Positions 52,002 through 62,038 of a DNA stretch of 64,000 bases are shown here, in pieces. The stretch's first letter is position 1. Every line of letters begins with the position of its first letter. The DNA comes from Alphaproteobacteria bacterium (GTDB taxonomy: Bacteria > Pseudomonadota > Alphaproteobacteria > UBA828): the NCBI GenBank assembly GCA_965214705.1, contig OZ243972.1:3584001-3648000 (forward strand), in the 5' to 3' direction. A model generated the notes under the pieces. That model was given only the letters and a program-made list of their open reading frames with translations, had not been told where the DNA came from and did not search any database. A program made the translations under genes and the position numbers.

Positions 52002-53516
52002 ATGGACAACCCCATGAAGATTGCATTTTCCGAAATCGCGACACCGGCCAAGGGAGTGATCGCCGTCGTCGTCACGGAGGAGCGTACCCTCGGCGCGACC
52101 GGACGCGGGCTCGACGAGCAGACGGGCGGTGCACTCAGCCGTGCGCTTGTCGCCGGCCGCTTCAAGGGGAAGCAGGGCACGTCCACCACCATCGTCGCGC
52201 CGCACGGCCTCGACGTCGATGCCGTGATCTTGGTCGGCCTCGGCAAGCCGGGGAAGATCGACGGCCGGGGCTTGAGGGCGCTCGGCGGTAGCGTCGTCGG
52301 CAAGATGAACGCCGCCGGCGCGAAGGCCGGCGCCGTTGCGGTGGACGCGGTCGACGGTGCCAGCATCGCGCCGCCAGCGATGGCGGCTGAAATCGCCCTC
52401 GGCGCGCGCCTCGGCAGCTACAGCTTCGACAAGTACCACACCAAGAAGAAGGACGAGGACAAGAAGAGCCTCGGCGAGCTCACCATGATGCTCGACGATC
52501 CTGCGGCGGCGGAAGACGCATTCACGCCGAACGATAACCTCGTTGACGGCGTCTTCCTCACGCGCGACATGGTCTCCGAGCCGAGCAACGTTAAATATCC
52601 GAAGACCATCACGGAGGATATCGAGGCGCTCGTCGAGGACGGGATCGAGGTGGAAATCTTCGACCGTGAGAAGATGGCCGGCCTCGGCATGGGGTCGCTG
52701 CTCGGCGTCGCCCAGGGCAGCGAGAACGAGCCTTATCTCGCGATCATGCGTTGGAACGGCGCACTCGAAGGGGCCGACGCTCAGCCCGTCGCCTTCATCG
52801 GCAAGGGCGTGACCTTCGATACCGGCGGCATCTCCATCAAGCCGAGCCAGGGCATGGAGGAGATGAAGTACGACATGGCCGGCGCGGGCACCGTGGTTGG
52901 CCTGATGAAGTGCCTGGCGGGCCGCAAGGCGCGGGTCAACGCGATTGGCGTGGTGGGGCTGGTCGAGAACATGCCCGACGGCAAGGCGCAGCGGCCAGGC
53001 GACGTGGTCACCTCCATGTCGGGCCAGACCATCGAGGTCATTAACACCGACGCCGAAGGCCGGCTCGTGCTGGCCGACGCGCTCTGGTACACGCAGGAGA
53101 CCTTCAAGCCGCAGTTCATGATCGACCTCGCCACGCTGACCGGGGCGATCCTCATCAGCCTCGGCACCTACCAGGCGGGCCTCTTCAGCAACAACGACGA
53201 ACTGGCGGAGCGCCTGATCGCGGCGGGCAAAGAAAGCGGTGAGGAAGTGTGGCGCATGCCGCTCGGCGAGCGCTACGACAAGGATATCGACTCCGCCATC
53301 GCGGACATGAAGAACGTCGGCAAGGGTCGCGAGGCCGGCAGCGTGGCCGCGGCACAGTTCCTGCAGCGCTTCGTCAACGGTGTGCCGTGGGCTCATCTCG
53401 ACATCGCGGGCATGGCCTGGATGAAGCGCGGCGACGACCCCACCGTGCCCAAGGGCGCGTCGGGCTACGGCGTCCGCCTGCTCGATCAGTTGGTGCGGGC
53501 GCACTACGAGGGCTGA
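52002..53516 (+). CDS. pepA: Leucyl aminopeptidase (M17)
   Basis: GKGVTFDTGG, MKYDMAG, NTDAEGRL and DLATLTGA. Confidence 0.96.
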   Translation: MDNPMKIAFSEIATPAKGVIAVVVTEERTLGATGRGLDEQTGGALSRALVAGRFKGKQGTSTTIVAPHGLDVDAVILVGLGKPGKIDGRGLRALGGSVVGKMNAAGAKAGAVAVDAVDGASIAPPAMAAEIALGARLGSYSFDKYHTKKKDEDKKSLGELTMMLDDPAAAEDAFTPNDNLVDGVFLTRDMVSEPSNVKYPKTITEDIEALVEDGIEVEIFDREKMAGLGMGSLLGVAQGSENEPYLAIMRWNGALEGADAQPVAFIGKGVTFDTGGISIKPSQGMEEMKYDMAGAGTVVGLMKCLAGRKARVNAIGVVGLVENMPDGKAQRPGDVVTSMSGQTIEVINTDAEGRLVLADALWYTQETFKPQFMIDLATLTGAILISLGTYQAGLFSNNDELAERLIAAGKESGEEVWRMPLGERYDKDIDSAIADMKNVGKGREAGSVAAAQFLQRFVNGVPWAHLDIAGMAWMKRGDDPTVPKGASGYGVRLLDQLVRAHYEG

Positions 53517-53526
53517 CGCCGGCGCG

Positions 53527-53976
53527 ATGGTCGAGATCGCCTTCTACCAGCTACGCCGCACGCCGCTGGAGAAGGCGCTCCCGAAGCTATTGGAGAAGGT
53601 GTTGGAGAGCGGGCGCCGCGCCGTGGTGCTTACCGCCTCGGAGGAGCGTGCAGAGGCGCTGAACGCGGCGCTCTGGACCTACGAGCAAGGTTCGTTCCTG
53701 CCCCACGGCACGGCGCGGGATGGCAAGTCCGAGCGCCAGCCGATCTTTCTTGCCACCGACGATACCAATCCCAACGGCGCCGAGATCGCCGTCATGGTCG
53801 ACGGTATCGCCCCTGCCGATCCCGGTGGCTTCGAGCGCTGCCTCGACATGTTCGACGGGACCGATCCGGCCGCGCTCGATGCGGCACGCGCACGCTGGCG
53901 GGCGCACAAGGAGCGGGGCGATACGGTCACCTATTGGGAGCAGACCCAGAGCGGCGGATGGGAACAGCGAGCGTAG
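53527..53976 (+). CDS. holC: DNA polymerase III chi subunit
   Basis: FYQL, LWTY..SFLPHG and AARARW; follows pepA. Confidence 0.93.
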   Translation: MVEIAFYQLRRTPLEKALPKLLEKVLESGRRAVVLTASEERAEALNAALWTYEQGSFLPHGTARDGKSERQPIFLATDDTNPNGAEIAVMVDGIAPADPGGFERCLDMFDGTDPAALDAARARWRAHKERGDTVTYWEQTQSGGWEQRA

Positions 53977-53990
53977 TGGGATCGAAGACA

Positions 53991-55370
53991 GTGACGGACC
54001 GGATCAGGGCCGATCTCTGCGTGATCGGCGCCGGCTCGGCGGGGCTTTCGCTCGCTGCGGGTGCGGTTCAGATGGGCGCCTCGGTGATCCTGATCGAGCA
54101 ATCTCGGATGGGCGGGGAGTGCCTGAACACCGGCTGCGTTCCCTCCAAGGCCCTGCTGGCTGCCGCGGCGCGGGGCGACGATTTCGCCGCCGCCTATGAC
54201 CACATGCGGGGCGCCATCGCAGCGATCGAGCCGCACGATTCGGTCGAACGCTTCCGCGGCCTCGGCGTCCACGTGGAGCTCGGCAAGGCCCAGTTTGTCG
54301 CGCCACGATTCCTGGAGGTGGGCAGCACCAGCGTCACCGCACGGCGCTTCATCATCGCCACGGGATCTGCGCCGGTGGTGCCGGCAATTCCGGGGCTCGA
54401 CTCCGTCCCCTATTTCACCAACGAGACGCTGTTCGACTCGGCGCCGGAGCCGAGCCATCTGCTGGTGCTGGGCGGCGGCCCGGTCGGGGCCGAGATGGCC
54501 CAGGCCTACCGCCGGCTCGGGGCGCAGGTCACGTTGTTCGAATCCAAGCGGCTGCTCGGGCGCGACGATCCAGAGCTCGCGGCCATCGTGCGCGCGCGGT
54601 TGATCGAAGAAGGCGTGACGGTCCACGAGGAGAGCCGGGTCACGGCGGTCGAGGCGAGCGCGGACGGCGGCGTGACGATTGCCTGCGGCGAGGGCGACGC
54701 GAGCCGGCGGGTCAGCGGCTCGCACCTCCTGGTCGCGGCGGGGCGTCGGCCGAAGATCGACGGTCTCGGCCTCGAGAATGCGAAGGTCGCGCTCAACGAC
54801 GGCGTGCCTCTGGTGGATAGGCGCCTGCGCACGACCAACAAGCGCATCTTCGCGGCGGGCGATGTGGTAGGGCCGTACCGCTTCACCCACACGGCGAGCT
54901 ACCAGTCGCGGATCATCATCACCAACGCGCTCTTCCGGCTCCCGGCGAAGGCTCTCTACAGCGCGGTGCCGTGGGTCACCTATACCGACCCCGAGCTCGC
55001 CCACGTCGGCATGAGCGAGGCGGAGGCGCGGGCCAAGGGCCACGAGCTGCTGCGCATCCTGCGCTTCCCCTTCGAGGAGAACGACCGCGCCATCGCCGAA
55101 GGCGCCACGGCCGGGCTGGTGAAGGTGGTCGCGACGAAGCGCGGCCGGGTGCTGGGCGCTTCCATCGTCGGCAAACACGCCGGTGAGCTGATCCTGCCGT
55201 GGGTGCTCGCGGTGCAGTGCCGGATCGGGGTCAGCAAGATCGCGCAGGCGATCGTGCCCTATCCGACCATGAGCGAGGCGAGCGCGAGAGCCGCCGGCAG
55301 CTTCCACGCGCCGATGCTGTTCAGCCCGCGCACCCGTCGCCTGGTGCGCATGCTCGCGCGTTTGGGGTAG
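53991..55370 (+). CDS. Pyridine nucleotide-disulfide oxidoreductase (mercuric reductase/Lpd-like)
   Basis: IGAGSAG, GGECLNTGCVPSK, GGGPVG and PYPT; no C-terminal Cys-Cys pair. Confidence 0.85.
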   Translation: MTDRIRADLCVIGAGSAGLSLAAGAVQMGASVILIEQSRMGGECLNTGCVPSKALLAAAARGDDFAAAYDHMRGAIAAIEPHDSVERFRGLGVHVELGKAQFVAPRFLEVGSTSVTARRFIIATGSAPVVPAIPGLDSVPYFTNETLFDSAPEPSHLLVLGGGPVGAEMAQAYRRLGAQVTLFESKRLLGRDDPELAAIVRARLIEEGVTVHEESRVTAVEASADGGVTIACGEGDASRRVSGSHLLVAAGRRPKIDGLGLENAKVALNDGVPLVDRRLRTTNKRIFAAGDVVGPYRFTHTASYQSRIIITNALFRLPAKALYSAVPWVTYTDPELAHVGMSEAEARAKGHELLRILRFPFEENDRAIAEGATAGLVKVVATKRGRVLGASIVGKHAGELILPWVLAVQCRIGVSKIAQAIVPYPTMSEASARAAGSFHAPMLFSPRTRRLVRMLARLG

Positions 55371-55435
55371 GCGGGCGCCACTCGCTGACTCTATAGTCGG
55401 GTCGGCGAAGCAACAGGCGATCGCTCCGGGACATC

Positions 55436-56878
55436 TTGGCTGGGTTTTCCCTTTCGGTGCTGTCGCGAGCCGCCCGCGGCCTCTCGGCGCGGCTGCTGGT
55501 GCTCACGATCCTCTTCGTCCTGCTGGGCGAGGTCTTCATCTACGTCCCCTCGATCGCGCGCCATCGCCTGGTCTTCCTCGAAGAGCGGGTCGACGCCGCG
55601 CGAATCGCGGCGCTGGCGGTGGAGGCGTCGCCCGACGGGATGGTGACCGAGGAGCTTCGCCTCGCCCTGCTGGACCGTGCCGGGGTCTCGGCCATCTCGA
55701 TCAAGCGGCCCGGTACGCGCCTGCTCGTGCTCAGCGATGACATGCCGGTGACGATCGACGCGACCTTCGATTTGCGCGAGGCGACGCCGATGGGCCTGAT
55801 TGGCCATGCGGCCGATGCGTTGCAGAACGGCGGCGAGCGCACGATCCGGGTGATGGGCACAGCACCGGGCGATCCGTCCGACACGGTGGTGGACATCGTG
55901 CTGCCGGAGGCGCCGCTGTTCGCGTCGATGCTCGACTACTCGGGGCGAATCCTGTGGCTCTCGATCATTCTGGCCTTCGTCGTCGCGGGCTTGGTCTATC
56001 TCTCGCTGCACTGGCTCATGGTGCTGCCGCTCGGACGCATGACCGACAGCCTGGTCTCGTTCCGCCGCGCGCCGGAGGACGCGGCCGCGACCGTCAGGGT
56101 CAGCGGCCGGCGCGACGAGATCGGCCTGGCCCAGCGGGAGCTGCAAGTCATGCAGCGGCGCGTGCGCGGGGCGCTCCGTCAGCGGGCGCGGCTCGCCGCC
56201 GTCGGCGCCGGCGTTGCCAAGATCAACCACGATCTCCGCAACATGCTGGCGACCGCCGCCGTCCTGACCGATCGGCTGGCGATGGCACGCGATCCCGAGG
56301 TGCAGAAGCTGGCGCTGCCGCTGGTCGCCGCGATCGATCGGGCCATCACGCTCTGCACGCACACGCTGAGCTTTGCGACGGGCCGTCTGCCGGCGCCCCG
56401 GCGCGCGTCGTTCGCCTTGGCGCCGCTGGTCGATGAGGTACAGGCGGCGCTCCCCATCGACGACGGCTCGATCGACTGGCGCAACGAGGTGCCGCTGGCG
56501 CTCACGATCACCGCCGATCGAGATCAGCTCTATCGGGCCATCAGCAACCTGACCCAGAACGCGGTGCAGGCATTGGCTTGCCAGGATGGGGGCGGAACGG
56601 TGCGGATCGGCGCGTGGCGCGACGCGGACGACACGGTCGTGGAAATCGCCGATACCGGTCCCGGCATTTCCGCTCCGGTGCGCGAGAAGCTGTTCGAGGC
56701 ATTTTCGGACGGTGGCCGCGACGAGGGCACCGGTCTCGGCCTCGCCATCGCCCGCGACCTCGTGCGCAACCATGGCGGCGACATCAGTCTCGAACACTCC
56801 GACCCGACCGGTACCGTCTTCAGGCTGCGCTTGCCCGACACCCCCGATCAGGAAGTCGTCGAACCGCAGGACGAGTGA
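55436..56878 (+). CDS. Membrane sensor histidine kinase (HAMP-HisKA-HATPase)
   Basis: Two TM segments; DEIG; KINHDLRN H-box; NLTQNA, DTGPGI and GTGLGL. Confidence 0.92.
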   Translation: MAGFSLSVLSRAARGLSARLLVLTILFVLLGEVFIYVPSIARHRLVFLEERVDAARIAALAVEASPDGMVTEELRLALLDRAGVSAISIKRPGTRLLVLSDDMPVTIDATFDLREATPMGLIGHAADALQNGGERTIRVMGTAPGDPSDTVVDIVLPEAPLFASMLDYSGRILWLSIILAFVVAGLVYLSLHWLMVLPLGRMTDSLVSFRRAPEDAAATVRVSGRRDEIGLAQRELQVMQRRVRGALRQRARLAAVGAGVAKINHDLRNMLATAAVLTDRLAMARDPEVQKLALPLVAAIDRAITLCTHTLSFATGRLPAPRRASFALAPLVDEVQAALPIDDGSIDWRNEVPLALTITADRDQLYRAISNLTQNAVQALACQDGGGTVRIGAWRDADDTVVEIADTGPGISAPVREKLFEAFSDGGRDEGTGLGLAIARDLVRNHGGDISLEHSDPTGTVFRLRLPDTPDQEVVEPQDE

Positions 56879-56897
56879 TCGGGGGAGGATCCTCGGC

Positions 56898-58640
56898 TTA
56901 GTGGCCGAGGGCGACCCCTTCGCGGCGCGGGTCGGCGCCGCCTTCCAGCATTCCATCCACCCGGCGGACGGCGTGCAGGCCGCTCGTCAGGGGCCGGATG
57001 CGAACCTCGTGCCCCAGAGCCTCCAGCGCGGGTGCGATCCGTTCGAGAGGGGTGCCCGCCTCCAGCTCGGTCGCACCGTTGCGGTTGACGTGGCGGGGCA
57101 GGCTAAGCGCGGCCTGCGCGTCGAGGCCCCAATCGAGCATGGCGATCACCGACTGGGCGACGAAGCCGATGATGCGCGACCCACCCGGTGAGCCGAGGCT
57201 CGCGACCAGCCGGCCCGCCTCATCGAAGATCAGCGTCGGCGTCATGGACGAGCGCGGGCGCTTGCCCGGCTGCACGCGGTTCGCGACCGGGCCGTGTTCG
57301 CTGGTCGGGGCGAAGGAGAAGTCCGTGAGTTGGTTGTTCAGGAAAAACCCCGCCGCCATGAGGCGCGAACCGAAGGCGCGCTCCACGCTGGTGGTGAAGG
57401 AGACGGCGTTGCCGCGCGCATCGACGACCGAGAGATGGCTGGTGGAGGCGAACTCCGGTGCCGCCGCGTCGGCCCGCGCGAGGCCGCCGGAGCCGGGAGG
57501 GGCGCCCGGCGCGGCTTCACCCATTGCGCGATCGGGGTCGATCAGGCTGGCGCGTCGGCGCAGGTAATCGGGATCAAGCATGCCCGCCACCGGGACCGGC
57601 ACGAAGTCCGTATCCGCCAGGTAACGATTGCGGTCGGCGAAGGCGAGGCGGCTCGCCTCGCTGATCAGGTGGACGGCTTCCACCGAGCCGGGCTTAAGTG
57701 CGGCGAGATCGAAAGGCTCCAGCAGCCCAAGGATTTGCAGCAACGTCACGCCGCCGGAGCTCGGCGGCCCCATGCTGCAAACCCGGTGGCGCCGGTAGTC
57801 GCTGCACACCGGCGGCCGCACCTTGGCGCGATAGCCGGCGAGGTCGGCGAGCGCGAGCGCGCCCGGATTCACCGGATCACCCTGCACGGCGGCGACGATC
57901 TCCGTCGCGATCGGTCCTTCGTGAATTGCGTCTGCGCCATCCCGTGCGATGGCGCGCATGGTTTCGGCGTAGGCCGGGTTGACCAGCGTCTCGCCGACGC
58001 TCTTCGGACTGCCGTCCGGATGGAATAAGTAGTCGCGGGCGTTCGGAAAACGCGCGAGATCGGGGTTTTTCTCGATCATGTGTACAAGCCGGGGCGAGAT
58101 GGCGAAGCCACGCTCGGCGAGCACTGCGGCAGGGTCGAAAAGATGTGCCCAGGGCGTGCGGCCGTGAGCGCGATGGACTCGTTCGAGCATCCGGACGACG
58201 CCCGGTACCCCGACCGGCAGACCGCCGACGGCTGCCTCCGGCCAGGGACGCGGCGTGCCGTCCGCAGTTAGGAACAGACGCTTGTCGGCGGCGGCCGGCG
58301 CCGTCTCGCGTCCTTCGTAGCTTTCCACGGTGTCCAGCGCGGCGTCGTAATAGAGCAGAAATCCGCCGCCGCCGATGCCCGAGGACTGCGGTTCGACCAG
58401 ACCGAGTACCATTTGCGCCGCGATGGCTGCGTCGATGGCGTCACCGTCCGCTGCGAGGACGCGAGCGCCGGCCTCCGCCGCTGCGGGGTGCGCCGCTGCG
58501 ATCATCGCGTGGCCGGTGCGCACCGGGGCGTCGGCCGCGGGCGCGGCCGCCGGCACGCTCAGGACCGTCAGCGCGAAAAAGACCAGCGCGGCCAGCCTCG
58601 CGAGCGGTCCACGTCGTTGCACTACCGCCGTAGGACGCAT
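56898..58640 (-). CDS. ggt: Gamma-glutamyltransferase
   Basis: EPQSSGIGGG, GRETAP, TSHLSVVD (Thr nucleophile), LNNQLTDF, KRPRSSM and GSPGG. Confidence 0.94.
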   Translation of the reverse strand: MRPTAVVQRRGPLARLAALVFFALTVLSVPAAAPAADAPVRTGHAMIAAAHPAAAEAGARVLAADGDAIDAAIAAQMVLGLVEPQSSGIGGGGFLLYYDAALDTVESYEGRETAPAAADKRLFLTADGTPRPWPEAAVGGLPVGVPGVVRMLERVHRAHGRTPWAHLFDPAAVLAERGFAISPRLVHMIEKNPDLARFPNARDYLFHPDGSPKSVGETLVNPAYAETMRAIARDGADAIHEGPIATEIVAAVQGDPVNPGALALADLAGYRAKVRPPVCSDYRRHRVCSMGPPSSGGVTLLQILGLLEPFDLAALKPGSVEAVHLISEASRLAFADRNRYLADTDFVPVPVAGMLDPDYLRRRASLIDPDRAMGEAAPGAPPGSGGLARADAAAPEFASTSHLSVVDARGNAVSFTTSVERAFGSRLMAAGFFLNNQLTDFSFAPTSEHGPVANRVQPGKRPRSSMTPTLIFDEAGRLVASLGSPGGSRIIGFVAQSVIAMLDWGLDAQAALSLPRHVNRNGATELEAGTPLERIAPALEALGHEVRIRPLTSGLHAVRRVDGMLEGGADPRREGVALGH

Positions 58641-58656
58641 CGCTGGCCCCGGCCGC

Positions 58657-58685
58657 TTGACGCGGCACCGGCGCTTCACTAAGTG
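58657..58685 (+). promoter_or_regulatory. Possible tRNA promoter
   Basis: TTGACG-17 nt-TAAGTG directly upstream of the tRNA. Confidence 0.4.
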
Positions 58686-58696
58686 AAGCCGGCGGC

Positions 58697-58774
<78 letters not shown>

Positions 58775-58971
58775 TTTACCTCCCTCGAATTGCCCAGAGC
58801 CTCGGCCTGAGTGGTCGGTGTGCCCATGCCGCGGCGGCATAATGCGGCGGACCTCTCAAGCTGCGCAAAATTCGACGTAACTACCCAGGTACCCCGCCGC
58901 CAGATCTGAGTGCGTGCTGATGTTGGTCGCCGCCGGTGCCGTTTGTCCGTCGGCGCGTCGATGATCTGCCC

Positions 58972-59000
58972 TTGACTGTATAGGCACGCTCGCCTATGGG
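58972..59000 (+). promoter_or_regulatory. Candidate promoter of the MTase-transposase operon
   Basis: TTGACT-17 nt-TATGGG, overlapped by the inverted repeat ATAGGC...GCCTAT; GAGAGGAG RBS before the GTG at 59029. Confidence 0.5.
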
Positions 59001-59028
59001 TTGCTCTCTCGCATGAGAGGAGCAGCCG

Positions 59029-59698
59029 GTGGGGTATTTCGGATCGAAGGCGACGACCGGTCTGAGCCAGGCGCTGATTGCGCTGATGCCCCCGCACTCT
59101 GTCTATATCGAGAGCCACTTGGGGGGGCGGGGCGCTGATGAAGCGCAAGCCTGCGGCCGTGCGCTCGATCGGGATTGACCGCGACGAGCGGGCGCTTGAG
59201 TCCTTCGACTGTGGCTACCCGGTGGAGTTGGTGCACGGCTGCGCCCACTCCTTCCTGGCCTCGTTCCCGTTCCTGGGCCCGGAGCTGGTCTACAGCGATC
59301 CGCCCTATCTGCACGCGACCCGGCGTTCGTCGCAGCGCTACCGCTTCGAGTACGAGGAGGCCGACCACGTCGCGCTCCTCGAACTGCTCAAGGGTCTGCC
59401 CTGCCAGGTGATGGTCTCGGGCCACCCGTCTGCGCTCTATGACGAGTTGCTGGCGGGCTGGCGCCGGCTGGCGCTGCAGGTGACGACCCAGGCCCAGGTG
59501 CGGACCGAGGCGGTGTGGTTCAACTTCGCGCCCGACCGGGTGCACTGGGCGAGCTACGCGGGCCGCAACTTCACCGACCGCCAGCGCATCAAGCGCAAGG
59601 CGGCCAACTGGGGCCGGCGCTACGAGGCCATGCCGGCGGGCGAACGCCTGGCGGTGCTGGCCGCGATCATGGCCGTCGAGGCTGACGAGGGTTTGTGA
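59029..59698 (+). pseudogene. N6-adenine DNA methyltransferase (Dam/D12-like), +1 frameshift in a G7 tract at 59121-59127
   Basis: MGYFGSKA...LMPPHSVYIESHLGG|GALMKRKP (motif I region) and VYSDPPY catalytic motif; deleting one G gives a 222-aa ORF. Confidence 0.85.
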
Positions 59699-61236
59699 CA
59701 GTGTCGCGCTGGCACGCGGACCTCGCCGCTCACGACGAGGCTTTCGCGTGCCTGCAGGACCTTTTCACCCCACAATCCTTCGCGATGACCGCCGTCAAAG
59801 CCATCCGGGAATGGGGCCAGGGGCTGCTTCGCCTGAGCGCGGCGCTGGTCAAGGAGAACGACGCGCTGGAGCGGGAGAACGCCCGCTTGCGCGAGCGGAT
59901 CGCCGAACTTGAGCGCAGCGCCGCGCTCGACAGCACCACCAGCTCCAGGCCGCCGGCCAGCGACGGCCTGAAGAAGAAGAGCGCAGACCAGGAGAAGCGC
60001 ACCCGGAGCCGGCGCGGCAAATCCGACAGGCCCAGCGGCGGTCAGCCGGGCCACAAGGGAACCACCCTGGAGCGGACCGAGAACCCGGACCACGTCGTGG
60101 ATCATGATCCGTCCGCCTGTGAGGGCTGCGGCGCGCCGCTGTCGGACGCCGACCGTCACGGAGCCCCCGTCTGCCGGCAGGTCTTCGATGTGCCCGAGCC
60201 GCAGCCCCTCGAGGCCACCGAGCATCGCGGCCATCGCTGCCTCTGCGCCGCCTGCGGCACCATGACAACAGCCGCCTTCCCGAACGGCGTGAGCGCCCCG
60301 GTCCAGTACGGGCCGCGCATCACCGCGTGGGTGACCTACCTGCTGCACGCTCAGTTCATTCCGGAGAAGCGCGTCGCCGAGGTCATGAGCGATCTCTTCG
60401 CGGTCAAGATCTCAACGGCCACCATCGCCGCCATGGGCCGGCGCACCGCCCGGCGCTTCGAGGGCTTCCTCGATCGTGTCGCAGAGATCATCCGCACCGA
60501 AGCCCCGGTCAAACACCTCGACGAGACCGGCATCCGCATCGCCGCCCGGACCCATTGGCTCCACGTGCTGTGCACCCCGTTGCTGACCATCCTGCGCGTC
60601 GCCAGCGGGCGCGGCCATTTCGACGAGAAGCTCAACGGCATCGTCATCCATGACGACTATGCCACCTACTTCGCTCTCGAGGGCGTGCGCCACGGGGCCT
60701 GCAACGCCCATCACCTGCGTGAGCTCCAGGCCCTGATCGAGATCGAGAAGGAAGACTGGGCAACGAGCATGCACCAGCTGCTCTCCCGTGCCAACAGAGC
60801 CGCCCGCTTCGCCCGCAAGAATGATCGCGACGTGCCCGCATCGCTGGTCGCCCGCATCTCGCGAGCCTGGGACCGCATCCTCGAACGTGCCATCGCCGCT
60901 CACGAAGAGATGCCGCCGCTCCAGACCGGAAAGCGCGGACGACAAAAGCGCCGCATCGGTCACAACCTCGCGCTCCGGCTCCAGAAGTACAAGGAGGGCT
61001 GCCTGCGCTTCCTCACCGACCCGCGAACCCCGTTCTCGAACAATGAGGCGGAGCGCGATCTGCGAATGGGCAAGCTGCGTCAGAAAATCTCAGGCGGCTT
61101 CCGCTCGATGCAAGGTGCCTGCGACTTCGCCAACCTGCGGTCCGTCATCGCCACCGCTCGAAAACAGCGCTGGAATGTCCTCGAAACCCTGGCGCACCCC
61201 GATCCCATGCAGCTAATCCCGGTACTGCGCTTCTGA
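59695..61236 (+). CDS. IS66-family transposase
   Basis: Coiled coil; DSTTSSRPPASD; GGQPGHKG; CxxC...CxxC zinc region; HLDETG, HDDY, CNAHHLRE and SNNEAERDLR. Confidence 0.93.
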   Translation: MTVSRWHADLAAHDEAFACLQDLFTPQSFAMTAVKAIREWGQGLLRLSAALVKENDALERENARLRERIAELERSAALDSTTSSRPPASDGLKKKSADQEKRTRSRRGKSDRPSGGQPGHKGTTLERTENPDHVVDHDPSACEGCGAPLSDADRHGAPVCRQVFDVPEPQPLEATEHRGHRCLCAACGTMTTAAFPNGVSAPVQYGPRITAWVTYLLHAQFIPEKRVAEVMSDLFAVKISTATIAAMGRRTARRFEGFLDRVAEIIRTEAPVKHLDETGIRIAARTHWLHVLCTPLLTILRVASGRGHFDEKLNGIVIHDDYATYFALEGVRHGACNAHHLRELQALIEIEKEDWATSMHQLLSRANRAARFARKNDRDVPASLVARISRAWDRILERAIAAHEEMPPLQTGKRGRQKRRIGHNLALRLQKYKEGCLRFLTDPRTPFSNNEAERDLRMGKLRQKISGGFRSMQGACDFANLRSVIATARKQRWNVLETLAHPDPMQLIPVLRF

Positions 61237-61514
61237 AATCCCCCGCCGCTCCGCTCCACGTCAGCGGCACCAGGCCAGAGGCATCAGTCCATCACGCGTG
61301 AGTGCTCGGCGGAATCAGACCTGGGCAGTTACAATTCGACTACCATGTACGCTTGCCAAGCGACCGCAGGTATAGCAGCGTGTCGTACCGGCCGTTGGCT
61401 CATCAGCGTCTCAGCATTGGGCGGAGGGTGACGGCGGTGGAGGCCACGCGGGAACGGCTTTGGCCGGCGCGACAGCATAGCCCGCACGGCCTCTTATTGA
61501 GCGGGGACCGAAGA

Positions 61515-61937
61515 GTGAGCGCGCATCTTACCCTCAACATGGAAGCGCATCTCGACGAAATCGAGCGTATTCGCGCGGCGGTCAGGATCTTGTCGCAAGC
61601 CGAATCCTGGCCTCCCGAGCTCCTGTTTCAAATCGAGCTCGTGCTCGAAGAGATCGGCACCAACATCATAAAATACGGTCAGGACGGTGAAAGGGAGACG
61701 GACATCGATATCACCCTGACCTCCGACCGCAAATCTCTCACCCTGGAAATCACCGACAACGGCAAGCCGTTCGATCCGTTTGCCGATGCACCACCGCCAG
61801 ATCTCGACTCGGCGGTCCCGGACCGCCCGATCGGCGGGCTCGGCGTCTATCTCGTGCGCGAGTTGATGGACGAGGCCAGCTACCGGCACGAGGATGGCAA
61901 GAACAAGGTGACCCTCGTCAAGCACAAGTCGCTGTGA
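61515..61937 (+). CDS. Anti-sigma factor / RsbW-like HATPase_c protein
   Basis: LVLEEIGTNIIKY, ITDNGKPFDP and RPIGGLGVYLVRELMD. Confidence 0.88.
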   Translation: MSAHLTLNMEAHLDEIERIRAAVRILSQAESWPPELLFQIELVLEEIGTNIIKYGQDGERETDIDITLTSDRKSLTLEITDNGKPFDPFADAPPPDLDSAVPDRPIGGLGVYLVRELMDEASYRHEDGKNKVTLVKHKSL

Positions 61938-62038
61938 CGCGCTCGCGGTACGTCCCCGGTGCGCCGCCGACGGCGGTTACTGCGGCGCGGGCCTCAGTGC
62001 TCTGAACCCGCGCCGGGGGCAGCGTTCGGTCCCTGTTC

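Larger units (their letters stand above)
58877..61332 (+). mobile_element. IS66-family element (single-transposase type) with a passenger DNA methyltransferase gene
   Basis: TIRs GTAACTACCCAGGT / GTAACTGCCCAGGT; 8-bp duplication AATTCGAC at 58869-58876 and 61333-61340. Confidence 0.92.

Noticed and set aside
53991-55370. Mercury resistance gene merA
   Set aside because: Lacks the C-terminal Cys-Cys pair and any mer operon context.
59029-59698. Methyltransferase as part of a restriction-modification system
   Set aside because: No endonuclease or specificity gene nearby; the gene lies wholly inside the IS ends.
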